Below are positions 55,434 through 57,716 of a DNA stretch of 57,716 bases, piece by piece (position 1 is the stretch's first letter; every line of letters starts with the position of its first letter). The notes below the pieces were generated by a model. It made no database searches. It saw only the letters and a program-made list of their open reading frames with translations, and was not told the DNA's origin. The stretch comes from Bacteroidota bacterium (GTDB lineage: Bacteria > Bacteroidota > Bacteroidia > Bacteroidales > VadinHA17), in assembly GCA_030706785.1 (NCBI GenBank), contig JAUZNW010000002.1, forward strand, positions 1 through 57,716. The letters are read 5' to 3'. The position numbers and the translations under genes were made by a program.

Positions 55434-57362
55434 TCAATCATAAAAAGTCCAGGCTATCCCATACCTGAACATCCTGACATTCATTGGATAAGAGGGAACC
55501 ATGAAGTAGTTGTAACCCGTATATCCCTGGTTTACGTGATCGAGCATCAGGAAGATCCTTGTCCGCCTGAGCTTAAGGTTAAGAAAAACGTTGATAAACG
55601 GATAATTACCTGTTTCTGTCACGTCCTGCCTGTAAAACCTTCCCGTTGCAGGCATATATAAATAAGGGTGATAAAGCGTGTGATACAAAACCTCTGCCCC
55701 GAGCTGGGTATTAAGCTGGCCATTTGTCTTCCTGAAATTGAACATGTGTTCAAAATATGCGGCTGATTTAACTGCAACAAGAGGAAGGTCTAGTACTTCA
55801 CTGTTACTGCTTTTTTGAACAAGAAGATCTGTTGTGAGATGGAATTTCCAGGCCCTCAGGTCCTTGCTCAGGAAGAGCGAGGCTACTGAAAGTCCGCCGG
55901 TATGTTGTGATGGCAGGGCTAATGTGTCAAAATCGGTATAGTTGTCGATAATTGCATAATTGAATCTCAATTCAGTTTTCCGGGCCGGGTATGAAAAGTT
56001 CGTTCCGATATCCATCCTGAAAACCTTATTAAGGTTGTTGTGCCATTCAAAATTATTGCTCCCCCATTGATCCATCCAGAAGGACGGCTTCGTAGATGAT
56101 AATCCTCCTGTAATATTCCAGGTTGCAAGCCCTTTCTTAAAGTTGAATGACTTGGTAATAATTCCGTTAAGATTAAAATCACCTGCCCTGTAACCGCTGA
56201 AGTAAAGCTCACCTGTCGCTACCCACCCGAATAATTCACCGACATTATTAAACAATTTGCCAATCAGGACATTATTGCTTCTGTGCCAGACAGCAACAGT
56301 TGAATCATTCTTAAGAAGAGTGTCATGGTTTGGTATTATCTGGCTGTATCGCAGAAGTTCATTCCTGATTCCGACCCCTCCGCCAAGACGGAATTTTCTT
56401 GTTTCATCGGTTGAAAAATCGAACCTGACAGTATTTTTTATACTTCTTGCGGAAAGCGAATCAAACGTTATTATGTCGCTGATAAAAGTTGTATCATAGA
56501 AGCCTGATCCGGGGTAATTGTCGGAGTATGTCTTTCTGTTGGCATCCAGGATGAATACATGAGAAAAAGTTCCCTGTAGTCTGAAAGGGCTTTTTGATGT
56601 TTTGGCAGTATCTTTTTGAGTTATAGTTTTTTTGCCGACCGTAAAGTGCTGGACAAGCAAGAAATTCCTGTTCTTAATAGCACTCAGTGCTTTATCAAGC
56701 CCGCCGAGTCTTACCTCAACATCAGCCGGGCTCAGGGTCTGAAGCTGTGCCGGGTTCTTTATGCCGCCGTTTTCATTTGAGGACAGGTTATTTATCCCGA
56801 GGGCAAAATACAGATTGTATTTCTTCAAGGTGTAGGAACTGTAGAAAGTAAAATCCTTGTCGATGGCTCTCTGGTAACCGTATTGACCGAGGTTGTAAAC
56901 AATATCGAATATGAGCCCGAAGTTCAGGAATCTGTTAACATTCTGTGAATGCCTTACCCTGAAGGTCTGTTCAGCAATCTCCCTTGGCCCGCCGTATGTC
57001 CAAACAAGCTCTGTAAACGGGACCTGTGTATTCATAAAAATGTATCTTTCAGGCTGATACATCAAAGGATAATACCAGGTGTAGAGGAATTTATCTGGAT
57101 CGGTGATCCTGTCAAAAAAGTTTATCTGATAGAAAGGCAGGCCATAGTTGCCAAGGGTTGCATTGAACGGGGAGTATTTGTCAGCGAGCCTGTACTGGTG
57201 AAAAAGCGAGAAAACAGTATCGAAAGGAATAGAGACCTCTTCAGTGAAATCGTGCGAGAGGTGCCATTCTTTTACGATCTTGTGCTTCAGGGTATCCTGT
57301 TTCTGTGCAAATAAGCCTGATGAAAAGCTGACGATCAGTAATATTGCAGTAATTTGCCTCAT
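55434..57362 (-). CDS. Large outer-membrane beta-barrel, putative-porin-like (642 aa from Met at 57362; the track ORF extends to 57416)
   Basis: MRQITAILLIVSFSSGLFAQ signal peptide. Aromatic-rich alternating strands throughout and a C-terminal ..YGIAWTFYD typical of OMP termini. Confidence 0.6.
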   Translation of the reverse strand: MRQITAILLIVSFSSGLFAQKQDTLKHKIVKEWHLSHDFTEEVSIPFDTVFSLFHQYRLADKYSPFNATLGNYGLPFYQINFFDRITDPDKFLYTWYYPLMYQPERYIFMNTQVPFTELVWTYGGPREIAEQTFRVRHSQNVNRFLNFGLIFDIVYNLGQYGYQRAIDKDFTFYSSYTLKKYNLYFALGINNLSSNENGGIKNPAQLQTLSPADVEVRLGGLDKALSAIKNRNFLLVQHFTVGKKTITQKDTAKTSKSPFRLQGTFSHVFILDANRKTYSDNYPGSGFYDTTFISDIITFDSLSARSIKNTVRFDFSTDETRKFRLGGGVGIRNELLRYSQIIPNHDTLLKNDSTVAVWHRSNNVLIGKLFNNVGELFGWVATGELYFSGYRAGDFNLNGIITKSFNFKKGLATWNITGGLSSTKPSFWMDQWGSNNFEWHNNLNKVFRMDIGTNFSYPARKTELRFNYAIIDNYTDFDTLALPSQHTGGLSVASLFLSKDLRAWKFHLTTDLLVQKSSNSEVLDLPLVAVKSAAYFEHMFNFRKTNGQLNTQLGAEVLYHTLYHPYLYMPATGRFYRQDVTETGNYPFINVFLNLKLRRTRIFLMLDHVNQGYTGYNYFMVPSYPMNVRMFRYGIAWTFYD

Positions 57363-57459
57363 CAGGGGCAAATATAGGAAAAATGGAAGAGTGTGGACCC
57401 GTCCCCTGAAAAACACCGAAAAGGTGGTTGTGTTTCGCTGGTTGGGGATTTTTGAAATT

Positions 57460-57688
57460 ATTACAGGTCGCTCCTACGGAGCTCACAATCATCTATTAGC
57501 AATCAACCTACAAACAGTTCGCACCAATGGTGCTCATGGTTATAACCTGTATGAGTATTTCGGCAAAAAAATGTATTGTCACAGGCATGAAAAGATATTG
57601 GATAAATTCCCCTAGATACAATTCTATCCCAGGACGCGGAACGGAAGCCTGTCTATCCCACGCCGCGTAGCGGCGATCTGTTTATAGC
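57460..57688. repeat. Three copies of a motif: ACA(A/G)-rich leader plus a 5-6-bp GC stem with a 3-nt loop (two direct, one inverted)
   Basis: ATTACAGGTC-GCTCC-TAC-GGAGC (57460-57482); CTACAAACAGTTC-GCACC-AAT-GGTGC (57508-57533); CGCCGC-GTA-GCGGCG-ATCTGTTTATAGC (57661-57688, opposite orientation). Confidence 0.7.
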
Positions 57689-57716
57689 ACAAATGCATTA
57701 AGATAAATCCTGAGCC

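Overview
A 57.7-kb chromosomal segment that looks like Bacteroidota. Supporting signs are a fused SecDF, a type-B T9SS sorting domain followed by a PorP/SprF gene, TAnnTTTG -7 promoter boxes and no Shine-Dalgarno sequences. I support 36 protein-coding genes. I found no rRNA, tRNA, CRISPR array, transposase, integrase or phage gene. Gene content, left to right: secDF; a TolC/MacB-like permease/HlyD efflux operon; glmM; a pseudouridine synthase; era; der; a 10.4-kb five-gene T9SS-cargo operon ending in a sensor PP2C phosphatase; a 1234-aa polytopic histidine kinase; rlmH; nadC; valS; an aminotransferase overlapping an orphan LytTR regulator; outer-membrane and lipoprotein genes; a Kelch lipoprotein; a DUF1343/NamZ-like gene; a LolC/E-like permease; a sigma-54-type two-component pair divergent from three tandem ~790-aa double-FtsX permeases; a Nudix hydrolase; mltF; a large porin-like gene. 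Most is ordinary core genome. The parts worth a second look are: (1) the T9SS adhesin/PorP/PD40-PKD/unknown/PP2C-sensor operon; (2) the sigma-54 two-component system plus triple permease array, and the wider fact that five FtsX-family permeases occur here with no ABC ATPase; (3) a hairpin-dense, G+C-rich 250-nt island at about 41.2-41.45 kb; (4) nested inverted repeats upstream of valS; (5) short word repeats and GC-stem hairpins filling nearly every intergenic gap. CDS coordinates follow the supplied ORF track, with starts trimmed where noted. Coordinates of small motifs were counted by eye and may be off by 1-2 nt.
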